DNA of 57,441 bases, taken from NCBI GenBank assembly GCA_963991775.1, contig CAXDRM010000001.1:1-57441 (forward strand), written 5' to 3'. Positions 7,986-17,475 of this stretch are shown here, one piece after another. Position 1 is the first letter of the stretch. Each line of letters begins with the position of its first letter. The stretch comes from an uncultured Rickettsiales bacterium (GTDB lineage: Bacteria; Pseudomonadota; Alphaproteobacteria; Rickettsiales; JABIRX01). The notes beneath the pieces were generated by a model. It made no database searches, was not told where the DNA came from, and saw only the letters and a list, made by a program, of their open reading frames with translations. Made by a program: the position numbers and the translations under genes.

Positions 7986-8240
7986 ATGGCTCATAAAAAA
8001 TCAGGTGGTAGTTCAAGAAACGGTAGAGACTCGGCCGGTAGAAGACTGGGAGTCAAACTTTATGCCGGACAAAAAATCAAAGCAGGCCAAATCATTATCA
8101 GACAAAGAGGCACCAAATATTATCCTGGTGAAAATGTAGGTATCGGTAAAGACCATACTCTTTATGCACTCAGCAATGGTATAGTAGCTTTCAAAAAAAC
8201 TAAAGCCCGTACTTTCGCTTTAGTACAAGCTTCTGCTTAA
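7986..8240 (+). CDS. rpmA: 50S ribosomal protein L27
   Basis: [24 protein letters not shown] is the canonical L27 signature. Confidence 0.95.
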   Translation: MAHKKSGGSSRNGRDSAGRRLGVKLYAGQKIKAGQIIIRQRGTKYYPGENVGIGKDHTLYALSNGIVAFKKTKARTFALVQASA

Positions 8241-8346
8241 ACTTAATTATCTGTCAAAATTCACATTATCTCCACTCTACTTTAAGCAAAGTGGAAATTT
8301 ATTCTTTTTAATGTTACAATCAATGTAACTATTAAAGAGATAATAT

Positions 8347-9177
8347 ATGGGCAAGGAGCAGGTTAATCCAAAAAAACTAATGAGAGAGAATCTTTCTTTA
8401 GCACATGAAGCTGAACGTCTTGCTGGACAAGCTCAAGATCAGCACGGAAAAATGGAACGCTTTCAAGATGCTTTAGAATTTTATAATGAAGCAAGAAAAT
8501 ATGCTAATCAAGCACAAGATTCCCGTATAGATAATAAGGTATTAATCTATAGATCAATGCAAAAAATCTATTTAAATACCCAACAATATGAACATATAAT
8601 ATACACCCATAATAAAATTAATAATCTAATTGAAAATGAACCCTCAACAACATATCAAAGCTCTTTGCTAGCCAGTATGTTTATGGCCGCCTCAGCATAT
8701 ATAAAAATACAAAAATGGCCTGAAGCTCTAGAATGTTTTAATATAATTAGTGACAAGGGTTTTGCTAAAATAGAAGAGTCACTAGCAGAAAATCAAATTT
8801 ATAACCAAAAAGAACTCGGTAATATCTCTATGCTAGCTATGGCTTATGTCAGTGCTAACAAATTTAAAAACACACAAAATATTGCTTACCAAAATGAAAT
8901 CGAGCAATTCAGTAATAAAATAAAAGCTATATATGATCACAGTCAATCAGATAATCCTGACATGGTAAAATTAAATCAAGATCTCCAACAATTTTGGTTG
9001 GAATTAAAACCTGCAATTGCTAATTATCAAACACAAGAAACAACAAGCAGTTCAGGACGCAAAGCAAAAGTAAAATTAGAAGAAGAAACAGTAATGCCAG
9101 AAGCAAAAAGAAAGACTCTAGAAGAACATGTAAAAAAAAACTCTTCAGAATCTAAAGATAGCTCACCAGGAATTTAA
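8347..9177 (+). CDS. Hypothetical helical-repeat (TPR-like) protein with a K/E/S-rich tail
   Basis: No signal peptide. It has Ala/Tyr/Asn-patterned helices (FQDALEFYNEARKYANQAQD; WPEALECFNII) and a charged C-terminus. Its 3' end overlaps the convergent coaBC by 26 nt. Confidence 0.45.
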   Translation: MGKEQVNPKKLMRENLSLAHEAERLAGQAQDQHGKMERFQDALEFYNEARKYANQAQDSRIDNKVLIYRSMQKIYLNTQQYEHIIYTHNKINNLIENEPSTTYQSSLLASMFMAASAYIKIQKWPEALECFNIISDKGFAKIEESLAENQIYNQKELGNISMLAMAYVSANKFKNTQNIAYQNEIEQFSNKIKAIYDHSQSDNPDMVKLNQDLQQFWLELKPAIANYQTQETTSSSGRKAKVKLEEETVMPEAKRKTLEEHVKKNSSESKDSSPGI

Positions 9178-10372
9178 CCAACCCCATGGCAGCTTGCTCT
9201 TTAGTACCAGATACAGTACGTGGCTCATGGTTTTTGCTATAAAAAGTGAGTTGGTTTTTAGATTCACCAAATACTTTACCACCAGAAACATCATTTAAAG
9301 CAATTACATCACAATTTTTACTATCTAATTTACGCAACGCATTAGCTTCATGATTATTAGTCTCTGCAGCAAAGCCCACCAAAATTTTAGGACGATATTC
9401 TGATTTACCAGTTTCTGCTAAAATATCTGGGTTTTTTTCTAATTTAATTTCTAAAGTCTGTAATTTCTCTTTTTTAATTTTATCTGCAGAATTTACTACC
9501 GGTTTAAAATCAGCAACTGCAGCAGTAAAAATTCCTAGGTCAAATTCTTGCACAGCAATCTCTGTCATAACTGATTTATACATCTCATCAGCAGATACTA
9601 CTTCTATTATCTTAAAATTTTTAGGAATACGGCAATCTGTACAGCCTTTTACCATAGTCACCTCTGCGCCAAATTCAGCAAATTTTTTAGCAAGAGCCAC
9701 ACCTTGTTTACCAGAAGAAGAATTACCAATGAACCTTACCGGATCAATATTTTCTCTAGTACCGCCAACAGTAAGCAAGATTTTTTTACCAGCTAATTTA
9801 GCTTTTAATGCAAAAAAACTAACCATTAATTCTACTACATCTTCTGGCTCTTTAACTCTACCCTCTCCTTCTTCACCGCAAGCTAACATGCCTTTCTCAG
9901 GATAGATAAATTGCAAAGCTCTCTTTTCTAATTCAGCCAAGTTAGTTTGAGTAATTTCATTTTCCCACATCTCAACATTCATAGCAGGTGCCATAAAAAT
10001 TTGCTTATTACTAGCAAGCAACATGGTTGAAGCTAAATCATCAGCGCGACCATGTGCAGCTTTTGCCATAAAATTAGCAGTAGCTGGATAAACTAAAATT
10101 AAATCATTTTTCCGTGATAATTCTATGTGACCTATTTTGCCTTCCATTTCAGCATCAAATAACTCAGAAAAAACATGCTCTATGCCTAAATTTTTAAAAT
10201 CTGCTTCTTTGACAAATTCTTGTGCGGATTTTGTCAGAATTACATCACAAGCTATATTTTGCTTTAGTAACAACTCGGCTAATTTAGGTGCTTTAGTCGC
10301 AGCTATTGAACCTGTAATTACCAATAAAATCGAGTTTTTCATTAAGCTTTTTATAAGAAATTTTTGCGCCAT
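9152..10372 (-). CDS. coaBC: Bifunctional phosphopantothenoylcysteine decarboxylase / phosphopantothenate-cysteine ligase
   Basis: N-terminal flavoprotein domain (ILLVITGSIAATKAP...PAMNVEMW) and a C-terminal CoaB domain (ITVGGTRENIDPVRFIGNSSSGKQG). Confidence 0.9.
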   Translation of the reverse strand: MAQKFLIKSLMKNSILLVITGSIAATKAPKLAELLLKQNIACDVILTKSAQEFVKEADFKNLGIEHVFSELFDAEMEGKIGHIELSRKNDLILVYPATANFMAKAAHGRADDLASTMLLASNKQIFMAPAMNVEMWENEITQTNLAELEKRALQFIYPEKGMLACGEEGEGRVKEPEDVVELMVSFFALKAKLAGKKILLTVGGTRENIDPVRFIGNSSSGKQGVALAKKFAEFGAEVTMVKGCTDCRIPKNFKIIEVVSADEMYKSVMTEIAVQEFDLGIFTAAVADFKPVVNSADKIKKEKLQTLEIKLEKNPDILAETGKSEYRPKILVGFAAETNNHEANALRKLDSKNCDVIALNDVSGGKVFGESKNQLTFYSKNHEPRTVSGTKEQAAMGLVKFLVSYL

Positions 10373-10470
10373 ACTAAACTCATCGCTCTTTTATGCAACT
10401 ATGTTTAAACTTCTTGCTAGTTATGAAATAATATACTATATTTCGCTGCCTAATTAAGAATTATGTAAAT

Positions 10471-12780
10471 ATGGTTAAAACAGCAAATTTAGGCTTCCCA
10501 AGAATCGGAGCAAACAGAGAATTAAAAAAAGCAGTTGAAGCTTTTTGGAAAGGTAAAATCCAACAAGATTCTTTGCAAGAAACTGCAAAAGAAATTAGAA
10601 TCACTAATTGGCAGACCCAACAAGCAGCTAATCTTGATTATATACCTGCTAATGATTTTTCACTTTATGATCAAATCCTTGATACAATTTGTTTAGTTGG
10701 TGCAATTCCAGAAAGATATCAACATAAATCAGGTAATGTTTCTTTGGAAACTTACTTTGCTATGGCTAGAGGTCTACAAAAAGAAGGTCTTGATGTACCA
10801 GCGATGGAAATGACTAAGTGGTTTGATACTAATTACCATTACATCGTTCCAGAATTTACACAAAATCAAAAATTTGCTATTTCATCTGACAAAATCTTCA
10901 AAGAATTTCAGGAAGCAAGAAATCTAGAGATTAATGTTAGACCTGTATTAGTAGGACCACTTACTTTATTATGTTTAGGTAAAGAAAAAGGCTCAAATTT
11001 TGATAAATTTAGTCTAAATGATAGCCTTACTAAAACTTACCTTGAAATTTTCAGCCGTTTAGCAGAAGCAGGTGTTACTGACATCCAAATCGATGAACCA
11101 GCTTTAGTTACTGATTTAGCTCCAGAAATTTTAGCACTTTATGAAGCTACTTATCAAAAAATTAGCAGTAAATTAGCAGATCTTAACATTAAGCTACATC
11201 TTACCAGCTATTTTGCAGATTTAGGTGCAAGCTTAGAAACTTTCTTCAAAATTAAAGCAGATTCTTACCATTTAGATTTAGTAAGAGCACCTGAGCAGCT
11301 TGAAGCAACTCTAGAATTATTACCTGAAGCAGCTAGCCTTTCATTAGGTGTGATTGATGGTAGAAATATCTGGATTAATGATTTAGAAAATTCTTTAGTA
11401 ACTATTAATAAAGTTATTGCTAAAATCGGTAGTGAAAGAGTTATCATTGCTCCTTCATGTTCATTATTGCACAGCCCTGTATCTCTTGAGCCTGAAACTA
11501 ATTTAGATCAAGATATTAAAAGCTGGTTGGCTTTTGCTACTGAGAAATTAGCTGAACTTAATTGCTTAAAAGAAATCAGCAATGGTGGTTCAGAAAATAA
11601 TGAATATTATGATAATAACCGCGCTGCTCTTAAAGCACGTCGCAGCTCAAATAAAGTTCATAATGATGCTGTAAAAACTAGAATGGCTAATCTAACAGCT
11701 ACTGATTATGAAAGAACTAGCCCTTACGAAGTTCGCGCAGCTAAACAACGTAAAACTTATAATTTTCCTTTATTACCAACTACCACTATTGGTTCTTTCC
11801 CTCAAACTAATGAGGTAAGAAAATATCGCGCTGACTTCAAACGTGGCGATATCAATGAAAATACTTATAATGAATTTATCGCTGCAGAAACTATCTCATG
11901 TCTAAAAAGACAAGAAGAAATCGGCATTGATGTATTAGTGCATGGTGAGTTCGAAAGAAATGACATGGTAGAATATTTTGGTGAAAATCTTGATGGTTTT
12001 GCTTTCACTAAAAATGGTTGGGTACAAAGCTATGGTTCACGCTGTGTTAAACCACCAATAATTTTTGGTGATGTATCACGTAATGCACCAATGACCGTTG
12101 AATGGTCAAAATTTGCTCAAGAAAATACCAATAAAGAAGTAAAAGGTATGCTTACTGGCCCTATTACTATGTTGCAATGGTCATTTGTCAGAGACGACCA
12201 ACCACGTGAGACTACTTGTAAGCAAATCGCTTTAGCTATCCAAGATGAAGTATTAGATCTAGAAGCTGCAGGCATTCATATAATCCAAATTGATGAGCCA
12301 GCAATTCGTGAAGGTTTACCAATTCGTCATGATAAATGGTATGAATATCTAGAATGGGCAGTTGCTTCTTATAAATTGTCACAAAGTAAAGCTCAGGATG
12401 CTACGCAAATCCACACTCATATGTGTTATTCTGAATTTAATGATATTATTGATTCAATAGCTGCAATGGATGCAGATGTGCTTTCAATCGAGACTTCACG
12501 TTCACAAATGGAATTATTAGATGCATTTGTTGATTTTAAATATCCTAACGAAATTGGACCTGGTGTTTATGATATTCACTCACCAAGAGTACCAGCTAAA
12601 AATGAGATGAAAGATCTTATCTTAAAAGCTGTTGAAGTATTGCCAATTGAGCGCATTTGGGTAAATCCAGATTGTGGTTTAAAAACTAGAGGTTGGCCTG
12701 AAGTTGAAAGTGCCTTAAAAGAAATGGTAAATGCAACTAAGGAGCTTCGCGATGAATTACAAAGCAAAGCATCAGCATAG
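10471..12780 (+). CDS. metE: Cobalamin-independent methionine synthase
   Basis: 769 aa with duplicated Meth_synt domains. Motifs include LGFPRIG.NRELK, TTTIGSFPQT and HTHMCYS...VNPDCGLKTR. Confidence 0.95.
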   Translation: MVKTANLGFPRIGANRELKKAVEAFWKGKIQQDSLQETAKEIRITNWQTQQAANLDYIPANDFSLYDQILDTICLVGAIPERYQHKSGNVSLETYFAMARGLQKEGLDVPAMEMTKWFDTNYHYIVPEFTQNQKFAISSDKIFKEFQEARNLEINVRPVLVGPLTLLCLGKEKGSNFDKFSLNDSLTKTYLEIFSRLAEAGVTDIQIDEPALVTDLAPEILALYEATYQKISSKLADLNIKLHLTSYFADLGASLETFFKIKADSYHLDLVRAPEQLEATLELLPEAASLSLGVIDGRNIWINDLENSLVTINKVIAKIGSERVIIAPSCSLLHSPVSLEPETNLDQDIKSWLAFATEKLAELNCLKEISNGGSENNEYYDNNRAALKARRSSNKVHNDAVKTRMANLTATDYERTSPYEVRAAKQRKTYNFPLLPTTTIGSFPQTNEVRKYRADFKRGDINENTYNEFIAAETISCLKRQEEIGIDVLVHGEFERNDMVEYFGENLDGFAFTKNGWVQSYGSRCVKPPIIFGDVSRNAPMTVEWSKFAQENTNKEVKGMLTGPITMLQWSFVRDDQPRETTCKQIALAIQDEVLDLEAAGIHIIQIDEPAIREGLPIRHDKWYEYLEWAVASYKLSQSKAQDATQIHTHMCYSEFNDIIDSIAAMDADVLSIETSRSQMELLDAFVDFKYPNEIGPGVYDIHSPRVPAKNEMKDLILKAVEVLPIERIWVNPDCGLKTRGWPEVESALKEMVNATKELRDELQSKASA

Positions 12781-14065
12781 CTTTTCCTTTAATATTGATG
12801 AGAGTGGCACTACCAGCAGCCTGCTTGGTAGTTCTGCTCTTAGCAGCCAGAATATTGCACAGGCACAGCAAAAATTAGCCAAAGCCTATGCAAAACTCAC
12901 CCAACAACAAGATAAAATCAAATTATTTTCTATATGCGACTCAGCTGATGAGTTAGTTCTAGCGCAGAAATATGCTGCTGAAATAAAAGAAAATTATGAC
13001 AAGCTGATTATATTTGGTATGGGTGGCTCCTCTCTTGGCGGCCAAGCTTTATGTGGCACTAAATTTTATCAGCTGGTAAAAAATCAAGAGATTGATTTAG
13101 TCTTTATTGATAATATTCACTATCATAATTTTAACATTTTCTTACAAGAGTTAGATTTCAAAAAAACTGCTTTTTTAACTATCTCAAAATCAGGCGGTAC
13201 ATTAGAAACTCTAGCACAAATTACCGTCACGTTGGATTTCTTTAAAAATGAAATTTCCCAATATTCTGCACAAAATTTTTATTTTATTAGTGAACTTAGC
13301 ACTAACCCTATCTCCAAACTAGCAGAAAAATATCAAGCAACTTTATTACCGCATGATCCTGATATTGGTGGAAGATATTCATGCTTTACAGCTGTTTCTA
13401 TGTTACCTGCTGCTTTATCTGGTTTTGATTTAAGCTCCTATCAACAAGGTGGCCAAAAAATCGTCAGTGATTTTTTAGATAATGCACATGATTCTTTAGT
13501 GTTTTCTGGTGCAACTACTTTACTTGCTGCAATGTTGCAAGGCTATCCTAATCAAGTATTTATTCCTTATTTGCAACGACTCTATCAAATGATTTACTGG
13601 TATGCTCAGCTTTTTGCAGAATCATTAGGCAAGGATGGTAAAGGCATGACCCCGATTAAAGCATTAGGTAGTGTTGATCAACATAGCCAATTGCAATTAT
13701 TTTTAGATGGCCCTAAAGATAAATTTTTTACTTTCATTACACAATCTACCTCTAATTTAGGCAATAAAATTAAGCTTGATACTGCCGAATTTCCTGAGTT
13801 AGATTATTTAAATAATAATTGTTTAGGTGATGTAATTAACGCCAATCAAGAAGCAACTATTGCAACTTTAATAGAACAAGGCTGCCCGGTACGCCGTTTT
13901 CATTTTCATGAATTTTCTGATCAAGCAGTAGGTGAAATTCTCATGTATTTTATGCTAGAAACTATTCTGCTCGGCTATGCTTTAGAAATTAATCCTTTTG
14001 ACCAACCTGCTGTCGAGATTGGCAAGCAGAAGGCTCGTAAATTATTAGCTGATACTACTATCTAA
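12731..14065 (+). CDS. pgi: Glucose-6-phosphate isomerase (short form); start uncertain (12731 or 12752)
   Basis: IIFGMGGSSLGGQ, ISKSGGTLET, GGRYS and SLGKDGKG are PGI/SIS motifs. Both candidate ATGs overlap the metE 3' end. Confidence 0.85.
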   Translation: MQLRSFAMNYKAKHQHSFSFNIDESGTTSSLLGSSALSSQNIAQAQQKLAKAYAKLTQQQDKIKLFSICDSADELVLAQKYAAEIKENYDKLIIFGMGGSSLGGQALCGTKFYQLVKNQEIDLVFIDNIHYHNFNIFLQELDFKKTAFLTISKSGGTLETLAQITVTLDFFKNEISQYSAQNFYFISELSTNPISKLAEKYQATLLPHDPDIGGRYSCFTAVSMLPAALSGFDLSSYQQGGQKIVSDFLDNAHDSLVFSGATTLLAAMLQGYPNQVFIPYLQRLYQMIYWYAQLFAESLGKDGKGMTPIKALGSVDQHSQLQLFLDGPKDKFFTFITQSTSNLGNKIKLDTAEFPELDYLNNNCLGDVINANQEATIATLIEQGCPVRRFHFHEFSDQAVGEILMYFMLETILLGYALEINPFDQPAVEIGKQKARKLLADTTI

Positions 14066-14270
14066 AGTAGAGTGGCTAGAGCATAGCTATGCATAGCTGT
14101 CCGTTTTATAAATAATACAAATTATTCATTTTTTTCATTTTGTCATAGAGCTAAACTATATCTTCTTACCATTAAATTATTTCACAAAATTATAGCAAGT
14201 AACATCAAATAAAATACTATACTATATAAGAAAATCAGAATAAAATTTACTCAGTAGATAAAGAGAATTT

Positions 14271-14564
14271 ATGTTAGAAAATTTACGCGTTACAATTTAT
14301 TCACCAGCAAAAACTGCAATGCAATCTGGTACGGCTAAAACTAATATTTGGAAAATAAAATTTCCGGCAGATAAAACTAAATATCTTTATAATTTAATGA
14401 GCTGGCCAGGCTCTAAAGATACTAAGCAACAGCTTGATCTTGAATTTCCGACAAAAGAACAAGCAATTCATTTTGCCGAAAAAAACAATTGGAAATATCG
14501 CGTGCTTAATCCGCAAACTAAAAAAATCCTACCTAAATCTTACGCAAGCAACTTTACTAGCTAA
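14271..14564 (+). CDS. ETC complex I NDUFS4-like protein (alphaproteobacterial homolog)
   Basis: IYSPAKTAMQSGTAKT..W...F........LM.W..S.D....L.L.F.TKEQAI.FAEK....Y....P......KSYA.NF matches the NDUFS4 / ETC_C1_NDUFA4-family pattern as I remember it. Confidence 0.85.
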   Translation: MLENLRVTIYSPAKTAMQSGTAKTNIWKIKFPADKTKYLYNLMSWPGSKDTKQQLDLEFPTKEQAIHFAEKNNWKYRVLNPQTKKILPKSYASNFTS

Positions 14565-14569
14565 AACAC

Positions 14570-15364
14570 ATGGCTAAAAAAACTACCAAGCAGCAAAAAA
14601 CTAAAAATCCTAATTTTTATTTTATTGCTTTCTTGGCTATGCTAATAGCAAATGCTTTTTTAATTTATCTCCAATTTTTTAACTCACAAACAACAGAAAT
14701 AAAACAGCAGGCTCAACATAATATAGTAACAAATTCTAAAGCTATTGCAGTACCTTTGGTAAAAAATTCTATAGAAACTAAGCAATTACAAATTCTCACA
14801 GATCGGCTAAGTGCAGTTGAAACTAAATTAGCCTCTTTGCAAAATAACCAAAATCTTCCCGAAAATTTACTTATAATTTCTCAATTGGAAAAAATTAAAT
14901 TACGTGAAATTAACGGCATAGATTATCAAACACAGCTAAATTCCTTAAGCAATCAAACTACTACAGATAACGAACTTGGCGAGGCATTAAAACTTTTGGC
15001 AGCTTTACCTAAAACCAAAAGTAAGGATGACTTACTTAAAGAACTTGCTAAATATGAAGAGCAAATTTTAAGTAAGCCCCTTAAAGAAACTAAAACTCCA
15101 CACCAAACCTTAAATACATTTAGTAATATTTTTAAAGATTATGTCTCAGTAAGAAAAATAAATAATCTAGCTGCAACTGATCCTCTAAAATTATATATGC
15201 TATTACAAGAAAATATTTTTACTGAGAATTATAGTAATGCTCTAAACTATGCTGAACGCTTAAACAAAGATTTTGCTGATTTAGCAGAATTACAAACAGA
15301 ATTACAAAAAAAAGAAAAATTCCAGATAATATATAATGATATTATCAAGTTAGTTACTAAATAA
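14570..15364 (+). CDS. Membrane-anchored coiled-coil protein in the HemX position (possible alphaMic60-like)
   Basis: One N-terminal TM helix (FYFIAFLAMLIANAFLIYLQFF) and a long helical remainder. It ends 1 nt before the HemY-like gene. Function is inferred only from position and architecture. Confidence 0.4.
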   Translation: MAKKTTKQQKTKNPNFYFIAFLAMLIANAFLIYLQFFNSQTTEIKQQAQHNIVTNSKAIAVPLVKNSIETKQLQILTDRLSAVETKLASLQNNQNLPENLLIISQLEKIKLREINGIDYQTQLNSLSNQTTTDNELGEALKLLAALPKTKSKDDLLKELAKYEEQILSKPLKETKTPHQTLNTFSNIFKDYVSVRKINNLAATDPLKLYMLLQENIFTENYSNALNYAERLNKDFADLAELQTELQKKEKFQIIYNDIIKLVTK

Positions 15365-15365
15365 G

Positions 15366-16535
15366 ATGTTCAAAATCCTCTTAATTATAATCTTAGCCAG
15401 CCTAATACTAATTAGTGGAGAAAATTTTTTAAACCAATCTGTAAATTTAGAATTTATCTTCGCAGATTATTTAGTAAGCATTAGCTATAAATTAATTTTT
15501 TATGCAGCCTTTATTGTACTCGCTGTAATATTTTTACTATTTTATATTTTTCATCATTTAAGCTTGAATGTTAGACGCTATAATTTTCAAGCAAAACAAA
15601 AAAATTCTGCGCTAACTCTTAACCATATCACCAACTATTTAAGTGCTAAACAATTAGGTGATGCTAGCCAAGCTAATAAATCATTAAAAAAATTAGATCA
15701 GCTGCTTAAAGATCATCCTTTAAAAAATTTACTTGCCCTACAACAAGAAAATAGTAGCACCAAACAGGTTAGCAAAAATCTCAACAAATTATTAAAAAGC
15801 CCTGAAACTAATATTTTTGCTCATCAAGGCTTGGCCGCACTTGCTCATCAAGATAAAAATGAACAGCTAGCCCTATATCATTTAGAAAAAGCTCATAAGC
15901 AAGCACCTGATGCTGTAACTTTAATAAAGAAATTAATAGAGCTTTATTACCATAATCAAGAATGGCATAAGCTAGTTAATTTGATCAATAATAGTAGTAA
16001 AAAGAAATTAATCTCTGGCGCAGATTATAATGTTGAAAGAGCCCTAGCCTACTTAAATTTAGCCGAAATAGAAGAAGATAAAAAAAGCAAATATCTCAAA
16101 TTAGCCAAAAATTATGCACCACAAGAAAAAGCCATACAGCTTGCTTATGCTCAGTTGCTGTTTGAGCAAAATAAAAAATCTGCCTTTATACGCTATTTCA
16201 AACAAATCTGGCCAGTTAATCAAGATGCCGAATTATTTGCGCTTTATCGTAGCCAAAGCGAAGATTATAAAATAGCTAAAAAATTTAAAAATTTAGAAAA
16301 ACTCATCGAGTTAAAACCCTCACCCGAGCTACTAGGCTATTATGCTCAGCTTACTCTTGAACATAAAAAACAGCGCAAAAAAGCTAAATATTACTTAACT
16401 AAAGAATTGGCTAGTAGCAGCTCTAAAAAACTTTATGAAGTAGCTATAGATTTTTTTGAAAATTATCAAGAATCAGTAGCTGATGAAGAATTTTTAGCCA
16501 CCTTAAAAAGCAATATAAATAATTATCAAGATTAG
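15366..16535 (+). CDS. HemY-like protein (HemY_N-type double TM anchor plus TPR-like repeats)
   Basis: 389 aa with two N-terminal TM helices followed by helical repeats. Size and architecture match HemY/COG3898 proteins. Confidence 0.55.
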   Translation: MFKILLIIILASLILISGENFLNQSVNLEFIFADYLVSISYKLIFYAAFIVLAVIFLLFYIFHHLSLNVRRYNFQAKQKNSALTLNHITNYLSAKQLGDASQANKSLKKLDQLLKDHPLKNLLALQQENSSTKQVSKNLNKLLKSPETNIFAHQGLAALAHQDKNEQLALYHLEKAHKQAPDAVTLIKKLIELYYHNQEWHKLVNLINNSSKKKLISGADYNVERALAYLNLAEIEEDKKSKYLKLAKNYAPQEKAIQLAYAQLLFEQNKKSAFIRYFKQIWPVNQDAELFALYRSQSEDYKIAKKFKNLEKLIELKPSPELLGYYAQLTLEHKKQRKKAKYYLTKELASSSSKKLYEVAIDFFENYQESVADEEFLATLKSNINNYQD

Positions 16536-17311
16536 CTTTTACCGCCAATCTCAGTTTTAGCAGCTTGTTGTGCAGCTTTAATATCATCAGGCTTAAGGCT
16601 TTTTCTTTCAAGTGCAGATATTCTCTGGCTATTTACTTCATTATCAACTGAATTCTTTTCAACTTTCGCTTTAAGCAACTCATTTTCTTGCTGCAAATTA
16701 GTAATCTCTTGATTTTGCGCTGTTGTTTGCTCTTTATCAATCAACTTATTTACCTGAGTCTGTGCCGACTCAATAACAAAATTCTTAGAATCTTTGAGTA
16801 AATTAGCGTTGATACCATAGGTTTGATAAGCACCGAATAATAAACCTGCTACTAAACCACCACCTAAACCTATGGCTGCACCGGCTGCAATACCTACTGG
16901 ACCGAAAGCTAAACCAATAAAGATACCAATCAACACACCAGCTATAACTGTACCAAGAGTAATCACACCAAAAGTAAATCTATTAGCATTTTTCTCAGAA
17001 TTATCACGATCTTTAATTTGGGCTGGAGTATCAAATTCTTCACCTAAATCGATACCTGTTTGTTTTTTAAACTCATTATCATATTCTTTTTTAAGAATAT
17101 TCGGCGTAAAACGATTAACTAAAAAACGCAGGAATATTGCAGTAAAACTACTGCCACCTTGCAAAGCTGTTGCTGTCGAACCACCTTGCTCTGCCTCAGC
17201 CTTTTTAAAAATTACATCTGCTCTATGCTGCTTTATCTGCTCTCTAAAAACTGGATCATCCTTGATGCGTTGCTTAATAGCTGCAATATATTCTGTATTT
17301 CTATCTTTCAT
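16532..17311 (-). CDS. Hypothetical membrane protein with a glycine-zipper TM pair and a C-terminal coiled coil
   Basis: GVITLGTVIAGVLIGIFIGLAFGPVGIAAGAAIGLGGGLVAGLLFGAY is followed by heptad-like QNQEITNLQQENELLKAKVEK. No family recognised. Confidence 0.5.
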   Translation of the reverse strand: MKDRNTEYIAAIKQRIKDDPVFREQIKQHRADVIFKKAEAEQGGSTATALQGGSSFTAIFLRFLVNRFTPNILKKEYDNEFKKQTGIDLGEEFDTPAQIKDRDNSEKNANRFTFGVITLGTVIAGVLIGIFIGLAFGPVGIAAGAAIGLGGGLVAGLLFGAYQTYGINANLLKDSKNFVIESAQTQVNKLIDKEQTTAQNQEITNLQQENELLKAKVEKNSVDNEVNSQRISALERKSLKPDDIKAAQQAAKTEIGGKS

Positions 17312-17337
17312 AAATTATCTCTTAATAATATTTAAGA

Positions 17338-17431
17338 ATTTGAGTTGGCTGTGCCTTCGCGCATCAGAAACATTTATAAATGACCGAGCTGTGATTTATT
17401 AAGTTCAAGCGAAGCAGAGTTGACTCTAATT
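17338..17431. repeat. Imperfect palindromic intergenic element, family A, copy 2
   Basis: atttgagttggctgtgccttcgcgcatcagaaacatttataaatga aligns with 7482-7527. The right arm caagcgaagcagagttgactctaatt aligns with 7545-7574. Confidence 0.7.
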
Positions 17432-17475
17432 TTTAAATATTCAAAATACTTAACTTCCCTATTTTAACAAAAAAA

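Noticed and set aside
10373-10470. A riboswitch (cobalamin, SAM-II or SAM-V) might lie upstream of metE.
   Set aside because: The leader is only 98 nt and is shared with the divergent coaBC promoter, which is too short for a cobalamin element. I could not find the conserved SAM-II/V pseudoknot strings. An Infernal scan would settle it.
16872-17402. A 176-aa ORF lies on the plus strand, antisense to 16532..17311.
   Set aside because: Its Pro/Ala/Ile-rich sequence mirrors the Gly-rich TM region on the other strand. It has no start context and runs into a repeat element. The minus-strand ORF has a coherent TM and coiled-coil architecture.
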